Shown: positions 30,740 to 40,223 of the stretch, piece by piece
Position numbering within the stretch: the first letter of the stretch is position 1
Layout: every line of letters begins with the position of its first letter
Source: an uncultured Bacteroidota bacterium
Lineage (GTDB): Bacteria; Bacteroidota; Rhodothermia; Rhodothermales; UBA10348
DNA: 64,000 bases
Direction of reading: 5' to 3'
Assembly (NCBI GenBank): GCA_937876355.1
Contig: CALFHN010000144.1
Span: 55,506 to 119,505, forward strand
Position numbers and translations under genes: made by a program
The notes under the pieces: generated by a model
Seen by the model: only the letters and a program-made list of their open reading frames with translations
Databases searched by the model: none
Told to the model about the DNA's origin: nothing

Positions 30740-31437
30740 CCAATATCGAATTCGTCTATTTTGATCTAGATGACACTCTTCTTGATCATAAATACGCAGA
30801 AAAACGAGCGCTACAAGAGTTGGTGGCTAACCAAAGCAAACTGTTTAATCACACGTCGTTTGAAAAGGTTGTGGAGCTTTACTCGGTTATTAACCCCGAT
30901 GTTTGGCACAAGTATTCGGCTGGCGTCTATTCTAAGGATGAAGCCAAAATAGGACGTTTTCAGCAATTGCTTGAAGCGTGCGATTCAACAGCCGTGCACC
31001 AAGCTCCAGTTCTGGCCGAGGAATATCTGGATCGATATTCGCGACACTGGATTGCAATTAAAGGCGCCCTTGAAGCATTTATAATGACTGCCGCAAAACT
31101 TCCGGTGGGCATTCTGACGAATGGCTTTTCTGAAGTTCAGAAAGCTAAACTAAGGCAGTTTCCGGAGTTGGGAGATAGGGCCCAAACAGTGATTATCAGC
31201 GAGGAGGTGGGCCATTTAAAACCTAGCCAAATCCTCTTTGACCACGCGGCGGAGAGGGCAGGAATAAAACCTGAAAAAATACTATACGTCGGCGATTCGT
31301 TTCGGTCGGATGTCGAAGGCGGAACGGGCGCTGGGTGGAAAGTCGCTTGGTATTCTGAACAAAAATCCGACCTCCCGGGAGTTTGGAGTTTTACCAATTG
31401 GGAAGAATTTTGTCGCCAACTAAACTCTAAGTCTTAG
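30736..31437 (+). CDS. HAD-superfamily hydrolase (phosphatase).
   Basis: Motif I (FDLDDTLLDH) and motif IV (VGDSFRSDVEG). Confidence 0.75.
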   Translation: MTNIEFVYFDLDDTLLDHKYAEKRALQELVANQSKLFNHTSFEKVVELYSVINPDVWHKYSAGVYSKDEAKIGRFQQLLEACDSTAVHQAPVLAEEYLDRYSRHWIAIKGALEAFIMTAAKLPVGILTNGFSEVQKAKLRQFPELGDRAQTVIISEEVGHLKPSQILFDHAAERAGIKPEKILYVGDSFRSDVEGGTGAGWKVAWYSEQKSDLPGVWSFTNWEEFCRQLNSKS

Positions 31438-32461
31438 CCTTCGCTCTTATCAATACCGGAAGGGCATAAAACCGATAGGGCATAAAAAAAGCCATCCCAA
31501 AAGGATAGCTCTTTTTAACGCTCCTAGACACGTGAACCTCCCCTGATCCGTTTCATCTGCCGAAGCCTATGCTTCGAACCAGTATGCGGGAGGTTCGAAC
31601 CTCAGTGTATTACCAACCGTTCGGCGAACCGATCAATCAATTTTACACAAGTCGTTTCCAACTTGTCTTAATGCCTCCATCGTATGGGCACACGATAAAG
31701 ACGGCATCTCCTCAGGGTTTAGCGTTTCCAGCTCGTCATTCTTGCGAATGCGTTTGCCAGTCCCACCTACCATCTTGAATTCTGATGTCTTTTCCGAAGA
31801 TCAGACTTCTATCATCAAGCGGCGAATGTTTAACTTTCCAATGTTTCACTTCATCGGCCGAAGCCGATTCCGCTCTGCATTATCGTTTCAAACAAAACGA
31901 AATTTTCCGAGGCACAACGCCGGGACGTGTTTGCCTGTTCTTCTTTCGCCTTCCTAACCATTCCGTTTTTTCCAAAGCCGAAGCTTCTTCTTGCCTGGTC
32001 TGGCAGCTTTCATCGAATCGTGGATCATTTGCTGTCCAGCTTCCCTCTTACGAGTTCTGCCTTTGAACATCCCCCCGATTCTCCGTCTGCTCAGCATCTA
32101 CTCCAGCAACACACTCTCGAGAAGTATACAGCCTTCAACATAGGACCGAAGGAAACCTGTTTCATCCCTTTCGGGATAGTTGAGTCTACCTCATGCAGCC
32201 TAGAGATTCAGTCGCGTCAAGGAACTGTGCCGTGAAGCACTGATCCCATTATAGAGCGAAGTTGGAGGCTAGTCAATATCACTAGTCCTAGTTTCCTTCA
32301 ACAAGAAGTTCACACCGCGTTTGGGCCTTCTGTGCATAACACTTTAACTCGTTACGCGCGAATGGATTACGAATTTGGACCTCCATTCCCTGATCAGAAC
32401 TTTTCAACCAAAACTGACCTACAAAGTCTCAAATCCGGGGCGAAACCAAAGGTGATTAACG

Positions 32462-32499
32462 AACAAGAGGCCCGGTCCATAGGACCGGGCCTCTTGTTG
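32462..32499. other. Perfect 17-bp inverted repeat (AACAAGAGGCCCGGTCC / GGACCGGGCCTCTTGTT) with a 4-nt loop.
   Basis: Read directly from the sequence. It lies in the 1.3 kb non-coding gap, and neither side has a good T-tract. Confidence 0.6.
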
Positions 32500-32779
32500 C
32501 CCAAATTCACTGCGCGACTGATTGCTTTCTAATAAAAGCATACTTCCAAGCGGCATGATTTCTCTAAAGTATGACAGGAAACACCAAAAAGCAAGTCGCA
32601 ATAACGGTATAAGCTGGACTTATACCTAGAAAACATCTTTTTAGCCCCAATTTACTTGTTCACATTCCTTTGCAATAACGGTTAACCAAACGCATGCACG
32701 TAAGAGTTAAGCGTACCAATCAAGGCCAACGTTTACAGAATAATCGTTCGGTTGGAGAATTTAGCGACTACCACTCTGT

Positions 32780-33397
32780 CTATCGAGTGATCTGTGAAAT
32801 GAAGACCGACAAGACCTCCGGATGCAGCAACAGCGTCAAAATAAGTCCTCCTATTGCGCCACCGAGATGGGCTTCATGGGCTATTCCGCCGGTTCCAGGA
32901 TCTGATTTCTTGGTCATGGCATAAGCGGAAAACGCGATAAAGGCCAGCCCAAAAAACCACGCCGGAATGCCGACGGGGATTAAGAAGAGATAGATTTTTT
33001 GAAATGGATAAAACAAGGCGAAGGAAACTACGATGCCCGAAATCGCCCCTGATGCACCGACTGCAGAATAATGTGGAGAATTCCGGTGAAGCCAAAGCGT
33101 TAGGGCATGGGCTGAAAGTTCTGCCCCAAAAAAGAGAATAAGAAACCCAACAGGCCCTAAAAGCGCCTCTAGTGCGGGGCCAAAATAGAAAAGGGTTATC
33201 ATGTTAAAGGCCAAATGAGCTAGGCCTCCGTGCACAAAACCGCCGGTAATCATCCGATAATATTCTTTGTCTTTAAGGACTCTAGTAGGCCGAAAAGACA
33301 ATTTGTCAATCAGATTCTTGTCATAAAAAAGTGCATAGCCACTTACCATTACATTAATCAGTAATAGAAAGAGCGAAAAGGGAGAATCGTAAAACAA
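32780..33397 (-). CDS. Rhomboid-family intramembrane serine protease.
   Basis: Catalytic-serine motif GASGAISG and the catalytic-histidine motif AHLGG, in a six-helix membrane protein. Confidence 0.8.
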   Translation of the reverse strand: MFYDSPFSLFLLLINVMVSGYALFYDKNLIDKLSFRPTRVLKDKEYYRMITGGFVHGGLAHLAFNMITLFYFGPALEALLGPVGFLILFFGAELSAHALTLWLHRNSPHYSAVGASGAISGIVVSFALFYPFQKIYLFLIPVGIPAWFFGLAFIAFSAYAMTKKSDPGTGGIAHEAHLGGAIGGLILTLLLHPEVLSVFISQITR

Positions 33398-33499
33398 CTT
33401 AGCGTCCCAAAAGTGGTGGTGGTTTGAGTAGTCAAAAGTATATACGAATCTTTATAGTGACGGATTCAACCTACATGAACAAGGCAGCAGGCCGGATAA

Positions 33500-34150
33500 C
33501 TAAAAAGTGTGATGGCTGACCTCGAAGCCAATTCCACTCAATTGAAATCGTTTTTCTTTTCGATAACATTCTTCACGGACAAGTTTGCAAAACCGGGCCA
33601 TACGCATTCTTAATGCAGCATCTTCCATCCCAACTATGGCTCCAATTTGGCGATAAGGTAATGGCTCGTCAGCCAATCGATACGACCAAATTTTTTGTAG
33701 TAGCTCGTCCGAAGCCTCTAATCGTTTTAGAGAAATAGTTAGACGCGTTTTTTCCCTGTCGTTAAGTCCATAATTCTCACAGGTTTGTTCACTTGGATAC
33801 AAGTCCGCGAAATCCGAATTGACCATCTGATCTTCTCCTAAGCATTCCCTAGATCTTCGAGCGCGTTTTCTGGATAAATGTCGAATAAGATTGTTTCTAA
33901 ACATGCGGCGGACATACCGGGGTAACAGTTGAATTCGCGGGAGTGCACGTTGAAACTCCAACAAACTTTCTCCGGCAAGATCCTGAGCATCGGAATCATT
34001 TAGCAGTGTCTCTTTGTGAACCCTTGAAACAAAATACTTTAATCCCTCGGTGTAAACCCATTCAGCTAGGTGGTGCTGAGCCTTAATATTTCCCTCCTTG
34101 GCTGAGCAGAGAATGGCGGAAGATGGTGTAGCGTTGATACAGGAATTCAT
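33500..34150 (-). CDS. Sigma-70-family (ECF-like) RNA polymerase sigma factor (putative).
   Basis: A region-2-like segment (DAQDLAGESLLEF…RNNLIRHLSRKR) and a region-4-like helix-turn-helix (LPYRQIGAIVGMEDAALRMRMAR). The N-terminal boundary is uncertain. Confidence 0.45.
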   Translation of the reverse strand: MNSCINATPSSAILCSAKEGNIKAQHHLAEWVYTEGLKYFVSRVHKETLLNDSDAQDLAGESLLEFQRALPRIQLLPRYVRRMFRNNLIRHLSRKRARRSRECLGEDQMVNSDFADLYPSEQTCENYGLNDREKTRLTISLKRLEASDELLQKIWSYRLADEPLPYRQIGAIVGMEDAALRMRMARFCKLVREECYRKEKRFQLSGIGFEVSHHTF

Positions 34151-34300
34151 GGTGGGACCTACCTATGTTTATCAATTGACCCACCTTTATCCAAAACGTA
34201 ACAGCTCCATTAAAAAATATTCCTCTCTGTAGGGTTTTCCCGGTTGTTCAAACTCCACCCCCCCACCTATTTTTATCTACAATGATCAAGCAGGTACACT

Positions 34301-34753
34301 ATGAAACTCCTCTTTGCCACTGATTTACGTGAACCGAAAAGTGTTACGGATCAGATTCAATCGCTTTCGATTTCTCTAAATGCAGAATTGTATATCGTGC
34401 ACGTGCATATACCGACCTCAACGACGCCCTTGGGCGTAGATCCTATGAGTGGATTCGGAGAGATAGCCTATGCGATGTACGACCCTGCCATTGAGAACGC
34501 AGTAATTGAGGCTGAACGCCATGATTTCGATCACTTCGTCCTAGACCGATTCGCGGTCAAAGTGCGGCCTGCATTACATCAAGGGGATCCTGCGCGTGTG
34601 ATACTAGACGACGCAGTAGAGTTAAACATCGATATGATCGTTTTGGCCAAACGACGACATTCTGCAATAGAAAGGATACTGTTGGGAAGCGTATCAGACA
34701 CGGTTGCACGCGAAGCTTCGATTCCAGTACTGCTGATGCCGATCGTAAAATAA
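34301..34753 (+). CDS. Universal stress protein (UspA family).
   Basis: 150-aa Usp fold with the C-terminal GSVSDTV…PVLL motif. Confidence 0.8.
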   Translation: MKLLFATDLREPKSVTDQIQSLSISLNAELYIVHVHIPTSTTPLGVDPMSGFGEIAYAMYDPAIENAVIEAERHDFDHFVLDRFAVKVRPALHQGDPARVILDDAVELNIDMIVLAKRRHSAIERILLGSVSDTVAREASIPVLLMPIVK

Positions 34754-34763
34754 TTCCAGGATA

Positions 34764-36767
34764 TTAAAGACTTGATGACTTAAAGGAATTCAAGCCAGCA
34801 TCCAAAAATGCAGCGAATTCGCCTTGGTCCATCAGAGCACTGCGCCGTGAGATTAACATTCTATCAGTTGGTGCGACAATCGCGTAAGTAGGCAATGCGG
34901 GCGTACCCGTAAGCTTCATTTGGAACCGATGAAAGGTATCTCCCTGCTCTAAATCGTCGGTGTATAATCGAAGTAGTACGAAGTTGTTTGTAAACCGGGA
35001 TACAATTTCAGCCTTTGGAAACACATTCGCTTCCATTTGCCGGCAATTTGTACAGGTCCATCCCGAAAAGTCTACGAACAAGGGCCTATTCTGGGCCTCC
35101 GCTTCTGCGAACGCTCCTTCGATATCGTCAATAAACCAACCTTCGTCGAGATCAACAACGTTCTGCCCAGATGACCCGATGAGAGAGTAAAGGGACACAT
35201 CAGTTCCGCGCCGAGGCGGCAAATACGCGTCAAGAGCGTTTAGGGGAGTACCAAACAGACCCGGCATCATATACAGGGAAAGAACAAAAAAGAATATGGC
35301 CGCAAAAAGACGTCCAACACCAATTGATTCAACAGGCTCATCGTGTGGAAAACGAAGTTTACCAAGCAAGTAAAGTCCCGCCAAAAAGAAAACGACAAGC
35401 ACAAATGCAATGCCCAATGGCCGAGAAATCAAACCTAACCCCCAAACCAAATCGGCATTCGAAAGGAATTTGACCGCGGCTGCAATTTCAATAAACCCAA
35501 GAATGACTTTCACAGAATTCATCCAAGATCCGGACGATGGAAGCCGCTGCAAGGCCCGTGGGAATAGAGAAAGCAAAACGAAGGGCAACGCAAAGGTGGT
35601 GCTGTATGCAATCATTCCAAACAGAGGAAACGCCCACGTCCCGCCGGAAGCTGCAGCGAGCAGTCCACCTACAAAAGGTGCCGTACACGAAAACGATACT
35701 AGGGTCAGCGTGAGCCCCATAAAAATGACACCTGTCCAACTCGAATCTGAACTTCCTTTCGCACCCGCCCAATTTAGCAACGAAGAAGGCAACCTGAGCT
35801 CAAAAACACCAAGTAGCGACAATGCGAATCCAATTAACACCGCCGCGATCATCAAATTCACCCACGGATTTGATGCAATAGACTGCGCACCAGCTGCTCC
35901 AACCAACAGAGCCATGATGACTCCGATTCCAGTGAACGTGACAACAATCGAAGCGCCGTAAACCAGCGACATTTTTACTGCTTTCGCCCGGTCACTCCCT
36001 TGCTTGGTAAAATACGAGACGGTGAGCGGAATCATGGGAAAGACGCAAGGCGTGAGCAGCGATGCCAAACCAGCCCCGATCGCCAAGAAAATAAATGGCC
36101 AAAAACCGTTGCTACGAAAAGAATCGTAATCAGTGGTAGATGATACCAAGCCAGAATCTCCTACTGAACTGTTTGATTCAAGTAGAGCCAACCCGTCCGC
36201 AGTCGCTGTGCAACCAATACACGTTTCATCGAATGCAAACGTGACCGGCACTGGCATTGTTGTAGGTCGCAAACAGAGCCCCAGAGAATCTGAACAAATC
36301 TGAAAACGAACGTTTGCCGTCAAGGTGTGGGTTCCGCTAACGGCAGAATCAGCGGCGACTACGCCAGCAAAAAAAGTAGCGTCGGAATGGAAATATTTAA
36401 GATCCAGGTTGAAATTAGTGTCAAAACCAGATTCAGGTGGGCTTTGTCCAGTCTTGTCTAATGAAAGAAACCCAGCAGGCAGGTTTGACCATTCCAGCGT
36501 TACTCCATTCGGGCGGCTAAGAATGTCTTCAGAAATTGGAAGAGAAGAATCCAGCGCATACATCTTCCAATCCCCTTCAATGGAAGCCTGCAATCTAGCC
36601 ACCATTTTACCTGCCGGACCAATGGTCGACGGGACGGGAGTAGCCTGCCAGGACACGTATTCCTCTGGCAGTTTGGTGTCGGGCCCTCCAAACTGAGCTT
36701 GAGCTGGCTGAGCAAACCCAGAAACAAGTATGAACCCCAAAAAACAGAAAAATAAATGTCGCATCAA
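34764..36767 (-). CDS. dsbD: Thiol:disulfide interchange protein DsbD.
   Basis: Signal peptide, a central transmembrane domain with paired cysteines (TPCVFPMIP) and a C-terminal thioredoxin CxxC (WTCTNCRQ). Confidence 0.85.
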   Translation of the reverse strand: MMRHLFFCFLGFILVSGFAQPAQAQFGGPDTKLPEEYVSWQATPVPSTIGPAGKMVARLQASIEGDWKMYALDSSLPISEDILSRPNGVTLEWSNLPAGFLSLDKTGQSPPESGFDTNFNLDLKYFHSDATFFAGVVAADSAVSGTHTLTANVRFQICSDSLGLCLRPTTMPVPVTFAFDETCIGCTATADGLALLESNSSVGDSGLVSSTTDYDSFRSNGFWPFIFLAIGAGLASLLTPCVFPMIPLTVSYFTKQGSDRAKAVKMSLVYGASIVVTFTGIGVIMALLVGAAGAQSIASNPWVNLMIAAVLIGFALSLLGVFELRLPSSLLNWAGAKGSSDSSWTGVIFMGLTLTLVSFSCTAPFVGGLLAAASGGTWAFPLFGMIAYSTTFALPFVLLSLFPRALQRLPSSGSWMNSVKVILGFIEIAAAVKFLSNADLVWGLGLISRPLGIAFVLVVFFLAGLYLLGKLRFPHDEPVESIGVGRLFAAIFFFVLSLYMMPGLFGTPLNALDAYLPPRRGTDVSLYSLIGSSGQNVVDLDEGWFIDDIEGAFAEAEAQNRPLFVDFSGWTCTNCRQMEANVFPKAEIVSRFTNNFVLLRLYTDDLEQGDTFHRFQMKLTGTPALPTYAIVAPTDRMLISRRSALMDQGEFAAFLDAGLNSFKSSSL

Positions 36768-36957
36768 GTTCGGGAAATAAAAAAGGGTATCCGTCAGCGT
36801 TTTGCCAACGAATACCCTTCTTCAATGTTGCCGATTCTGCTTTGCCCGACCAGAAGTTCGTCTAGACGTTTTATGACGACTAAACGGGTCGGCGCAAATT
36901 CAAGTGGAGAGCAAGCCTACACCACCAATTTGATCGGCCTATAACCGTGATCTCAGT

Positions 36958-37416
36958 TTAGTCTGCAGTCACTTCTTCTGGCTCTACGCGAACCTTCACT
37001 TCTGCTATAACTTCAGCGTGGATTTTCACCTTGGCAGTGTAAACACCGAGCATGCGAATATCCTCGTCGAGTTCAACTTTACGACGATCTACCGTGATTC
37101 CCTGGGCAGCAAGACCGTCTACGACATGCTGTGCTGTTACAGAGCCAAATATGCGGCTTTCTTCACCAACTTTGGCAAAAATCACGACTTCGAGGCTAGA
37201 CATTTGTTTAGCAAGTGCCAAAGCATCGTCTTTTTTCTTGTTCAGCTTGCGAGAAGCCTGGCGACGTTCTTCCAATTGTGCTTTGATGGCTGTTTTTGTA
37301 GCCAATCGTGCAGCACCATTAGGGATAAGGAAATTCTGACCGTAACCGTCTTTTACGTTTACGATCATACCTTCTTCGCCTAAATTATCGACATTTTTAA
37401 GGAGAATGACTTTCAT
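36958..37416 (-). CDS. rplI: 50S ribosomal protein L9.
   Basis: MKVILLKNVDNLGEEG…GYGQNFLIP. Confidence 0.9.
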   Translation of the reverse strand: MKVILLKNVDNLGEEGMIVNVKDGYGQNFLIPNGAARLATKTAIKAQLEERRQASRKLNKKKDDALALAKQMSSLEVVIFAKVGEESRIFGSVTAQHVVDGLAAQGITVDRRKVELDEDIRMLGVYTAKVKIHAEVIAEVKVRVEPEEVTAD

Positions 37417-37468
37417 AATAGTGTCATTTTAAGCACCGGTAGTTTCCTAGCCGGCACCGGATTCGAAA

Positions 37469-37684
37469 TTACTTAAGCGAGTCTGATACAAACGGAATCA
37501 ACGCCATGTGACGCGCCCGTTTTACTGCAGTCGTCAACTGACGCTGAAATTTAGCAGAAACGTTTGTGATACGGCGAGGAAGGATTTTTCCTTGTTCATT
37601 CAATGAACGCTTTATAAGCTCAACGTCTTTGTAATCGACGTAAGCGGGCTCTCTAAAAGTGGTATTAGACATACTAATCGTCAT
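37469..37684 (-). CDS. rpsR: 30S ribosomal protein S18.
   Basis: S18 core ([31 protein letters not shown]). An alternative ATG at 37672 would remove the 11-bp overlap with rpsF. Confidence 0.9.
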   Translation of the reverse strand: MTISMSNTTFREPAYVDYKDVELIKRSLNEQGKILPRRITNVSAKFQRQLTTAVKRARHMALIPFVSDSLK

Positions 37685-38069
37685 CCTCGTCGTCGTTTAC
37701 TGGTGCAACAGCTTCAGCCGCGTAAGAAATCGCTTGTTTGGTTTTGGACTCTTCGTAATGACGGAGCATTTTCGAATCCATGCGAAGTGTCATGTAGCGA
37801 AGTACGTTGTCGTCGATTTCCAGAGAACGTTCCAAACGCGGTATCATGACGCCCGAAGAACGGAAGTACATGTTCACGTAATAACCGTTACGTTTTTTCT
37901 GGATTGGGTAAGCCAAGCGGCGCTGGCCCCATTCGTCAACTTCGATGATTTCGCCACCGGCTTCTGAAACGTAGGTGGTTACTCGTGCAACGAGATCCTT
38001 TACCTGTTCGTCAGAAATAACCGAGTTGACGATGTACGTTAATTCGTACGTATTTTGTAGTGTAGCCAT
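37674..38069 (-). CDS. rpsF: 30S ribosomal protein S6.
   Basis: S6 fold with an acidic C-terminus (DDEDDD); upstream of rpsR and rplI. Confidence 0.9.
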   Translation of the reverse strand: MATLQNTYELTYIVNSVISDEQVKDLVARVTTYVSEAGGEIIEVDEWGQRRLAYPIQKKRNGYYVNMYFRSSGVMIPRLERSLEIDDNVLRYMTLRMDSKMLRHYEESKTKQAISYAAEAVAPVNDDEDDD

Positions 38070-38235
38070 TGATCCCCTTGGAAAATTGATGGGCTATGCC
38101 CCATGCTAATCGTTCTATTTGAATGACTCCATGGAGCAGGGATTGTACAGAACAGCAAAATAAGGACTTTAATACACAAAACCACTCAGCTTTCCGACAT
38201 TCGCTGAATCTGCATAGGAACAGACCTTTTAGGGC

Positions 38236-39312
38236 TTATATATTTGCCAGTCGGTCTGCATTATCTGCCGTACGAAGGGCGTTTAGGATCTCATCTAGAT
38301 CACCATTCATAACCTTCTCAAGAGCGTGATTTTTGTCATCGCCTTCTAATCGATGGTCAGTGACCCGTCCTTGAGGCCAATTATAGGTCCGGATTTTGGC
38401 ACTTCTGTCTCCGGTCGATACTTGAGAACGCCGGGCTTCACTTCGCTCTGATTCAATTTTTGCCAACTCCAGATCGTACAACCGAGAGCGCAATACCCGC
38501 ATCGCTTTGTCTTTATTCTTCAACTGGCTCTTTTCGTCCTGGCAGGTTACCACTAGACCACTTGGAAGGTGGGTAATACGAACTGCAGAATCGGTGGTGT
38601 TAACGCTTTGTCCACCTGGGCCACTGCTTCGATAAACATCAATCTTAAGATCATTAGACTGAATGTTGACGTCGACGTCTTCGGCTTCTGGAAGAACGGC
38701 AACAGTTGCTGCTGAGGTATGAATACGTCCGCTCGATTCAGTGGCAGGGACGCGCTGAACCCGGTGCACGCCGCTTTCATATTTCATCGTTCCGAAGGCT
38801 TCAGCTCCGCTCACACTGAAGACAATTTCTTTGAACCCGCCTTTTGTACCAAGGGAAGTTCCCAGTAATTCCACCTTCCATTCCTTGTTTTCAGCAACCT
38901 TCAAATACAATCGATATAAATCGCCAGCAAAAAGGGCAGCTTCGTCTCCGCCTGTACCCGCGCGAATTTCGATAATGGCGTCTTTGGTGTCCTCTGGATC
39001 TTTAGGAATCAACTTTAGGCGAAGTTGATCTTCCTGTTTTGGAAAACTTGATTCCAATTCGTCAAGCTCCAATTCAGCCATTTCCAGAAGATCCTGATCA
39101 CTCTCATTTCCAATCATCTCTTTCAGATCGCGCATTTCTGCTACCTTGTTTCGGTAGTCAGTGATTAGCGCCACGATTGAACGCAATGACGTGTGCTCGC
39201 GACCTAATATCGCCATCTTTCGAGGGTCCGTCGCAATTGCTGGGTCAAACATCTCTTGCGTGATGTCTTTGAATCGCTGTTCAATACCGTCCAGTATCTC
39301 TGGATTAATCAT
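38236..39312 (-). CDS. prfA: Peptide chain release factor 1.
   Basis: GGQ motif (SGPGGQSVNTT) and the RF1-specific PxT tripeptide (VPATE). Confidence 0.9.
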   Translation of the reverse strand: MINPEILDGIEQRFKDITQEMFDPAIATDPRKMAILGREHTSLRSIVALITDYRNKVAEMRDLKEMIGNESDQDLLEMAELELDELESSFPKQEDQLRLKLIPKDPEDTKDAIIEIRAGTGGDEAALFAGDLYRLYLKVAENKEWKVELLGTSLGTKGGFKEIVFSVSGAEAFGTMKYESGVHRVQRVPATESSGRIHTSAATVAVLPEAEDVDVNIQSNDLKIDVYRSSGPGGQSVNTTDSAVRITHLPSGLVVTCQDEKSQLKNKDKAMRVLRSRLYDLELAKIESERSEARRSQVSTGDRSAKIRTYNWPQGRVTDHRLEGDDKNHALEKVMNGDLDEILNALRTADNADRLANI

Positions 39313-39374
39313 ACGTATGGTGGTTGTGAGAGAGAGGCCCGATGTACGCTAGTTGTGATGATTGGTTCGAAAAT

Positions 39375-39419
39375 CAAAATTTTGTCAATCCTTGAGACAA
39401 TTTTGTCAATCCCTGAGAC
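39375..39419. repeat. Tandem direct repeat of about 22 bp, two copies (AAAATTTTGTCAATCC[T/C]TGAGAC), followed by an imperfect hairpin.
   Basis: Read directly from the sequence; it lies upstream of the prfA start. Confidence 0.7.
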
Positions 39420-39707
39420 TGGGAATCGCAGTCTGAGTCTCACTTCAGTAAAAAAGAGGGGCCGGGTTAACGCAAATCAGCAATTTCAACCCGTATTCAA
39501 TTTGTGATCGGTAATGGCACACTTTGTGTAATTACATATTTGATTCTGAATCACTAAGAGTATTCTGCCACCGTACTTTTTCTACAACTCATGCTCGCGT
39601 CTCCATACCACAAACTAACATCCTCCAATTCCGTCCGTGGAGTTTTGCTCTGGGTGATTACGTGTTTTACTGTTTTTTATGTCCTGAATGATCTAGCAAC
39701 GCGACCC

Positions 39708-40058
39708 TTAGCCGTTGAAATAGAATAATTTCGAAAAGATGGAATGATTTTCAATGATCCCGTTGTGAACCAACGCGAATGAGCCATCGCTAGAAACATG
39801 GGGATGCGCATTAAGGTCGTTTGGCGGTCCGTGAGTAGCCCATCTCGTGTGCCCAATGCCCAACTTCCCTTCCATTGTCTTACTTAAGAGGTCACTTGAA
39901 AGAGTTTTGACCTTGCCTTTCTTTTTTCGAACCTCTAGACGGCTATTCACGATAGCGATACCAGCAGAATCATACCCTCGGTATTCCAGCCTAGACAAGC
40001 CGTTAATTAAAACGTCGGAGGCTTGTCGTTCGCCAATATATCCTACTATTCCTCACAT
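39708..40058 (-). pseudogene. glmS: glmS 5' remnant: the N-terminal part of glutamine--fructose-6-phosphate aminotransferase.
   Basis: Minus-strand translation reads [34 protein letters not shown]…[11 protein letters not shown]…NAHPH…[10 protein letters not shown]. An in-frame TGA sits at the catalytic Cys codon (40053–40055), the frame stops after about 117 codons, and the remaining roughly 490 codons of glmS are absent. Confidence 0.7.
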
Positions 40059-40223
40059 ATTTAAACTTCGTTTAGAATCAGATCAACAAATATTAAGCCA
40101 AATACGTTGTAATTCGTTTCACTTTCTGTTTCTGCTGAAGAAAACATTCAGTTTACGACTTTAAAAGACCAAAAAATGCAAATAGTCGAAAGGGGAAAGG
40201 CTGGTTTTAGAACGTAGGACGGT

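Noticed and set aside
31560-31640. tRNA- or tmRNA-like T-loop palindrome GAGGTTCGAACCTC
   Set aside because: The T-stem is only 4 bp, there is no acceptor-stem pairing or encoded CCA, and no tmRNA landmarks (GGATTCGAC 5' end, tag-peptide ORF ending in a stop, 3' CCACCA) occur on either strand. I kept it only as a motif inside the non-coding-gap finding.
35410-35961. 183-aa plus-strand ORF inside dsbD
   Set aside because: It is antisense to a DsbD gene with both catalytic cysteine pairs. Its composition is rich in P, A and N and looks non-native.
40053-40055. The in-frame TGA at the GlmS catalytic Cys codon read as selenocysteine
   Set aside because: The reading frame is truncated after about 117 codons and the synthase domain is missing. 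I see no SECIS-like stem-loop directly 3' of the TGA. A pseudogene is the simpler explanation.
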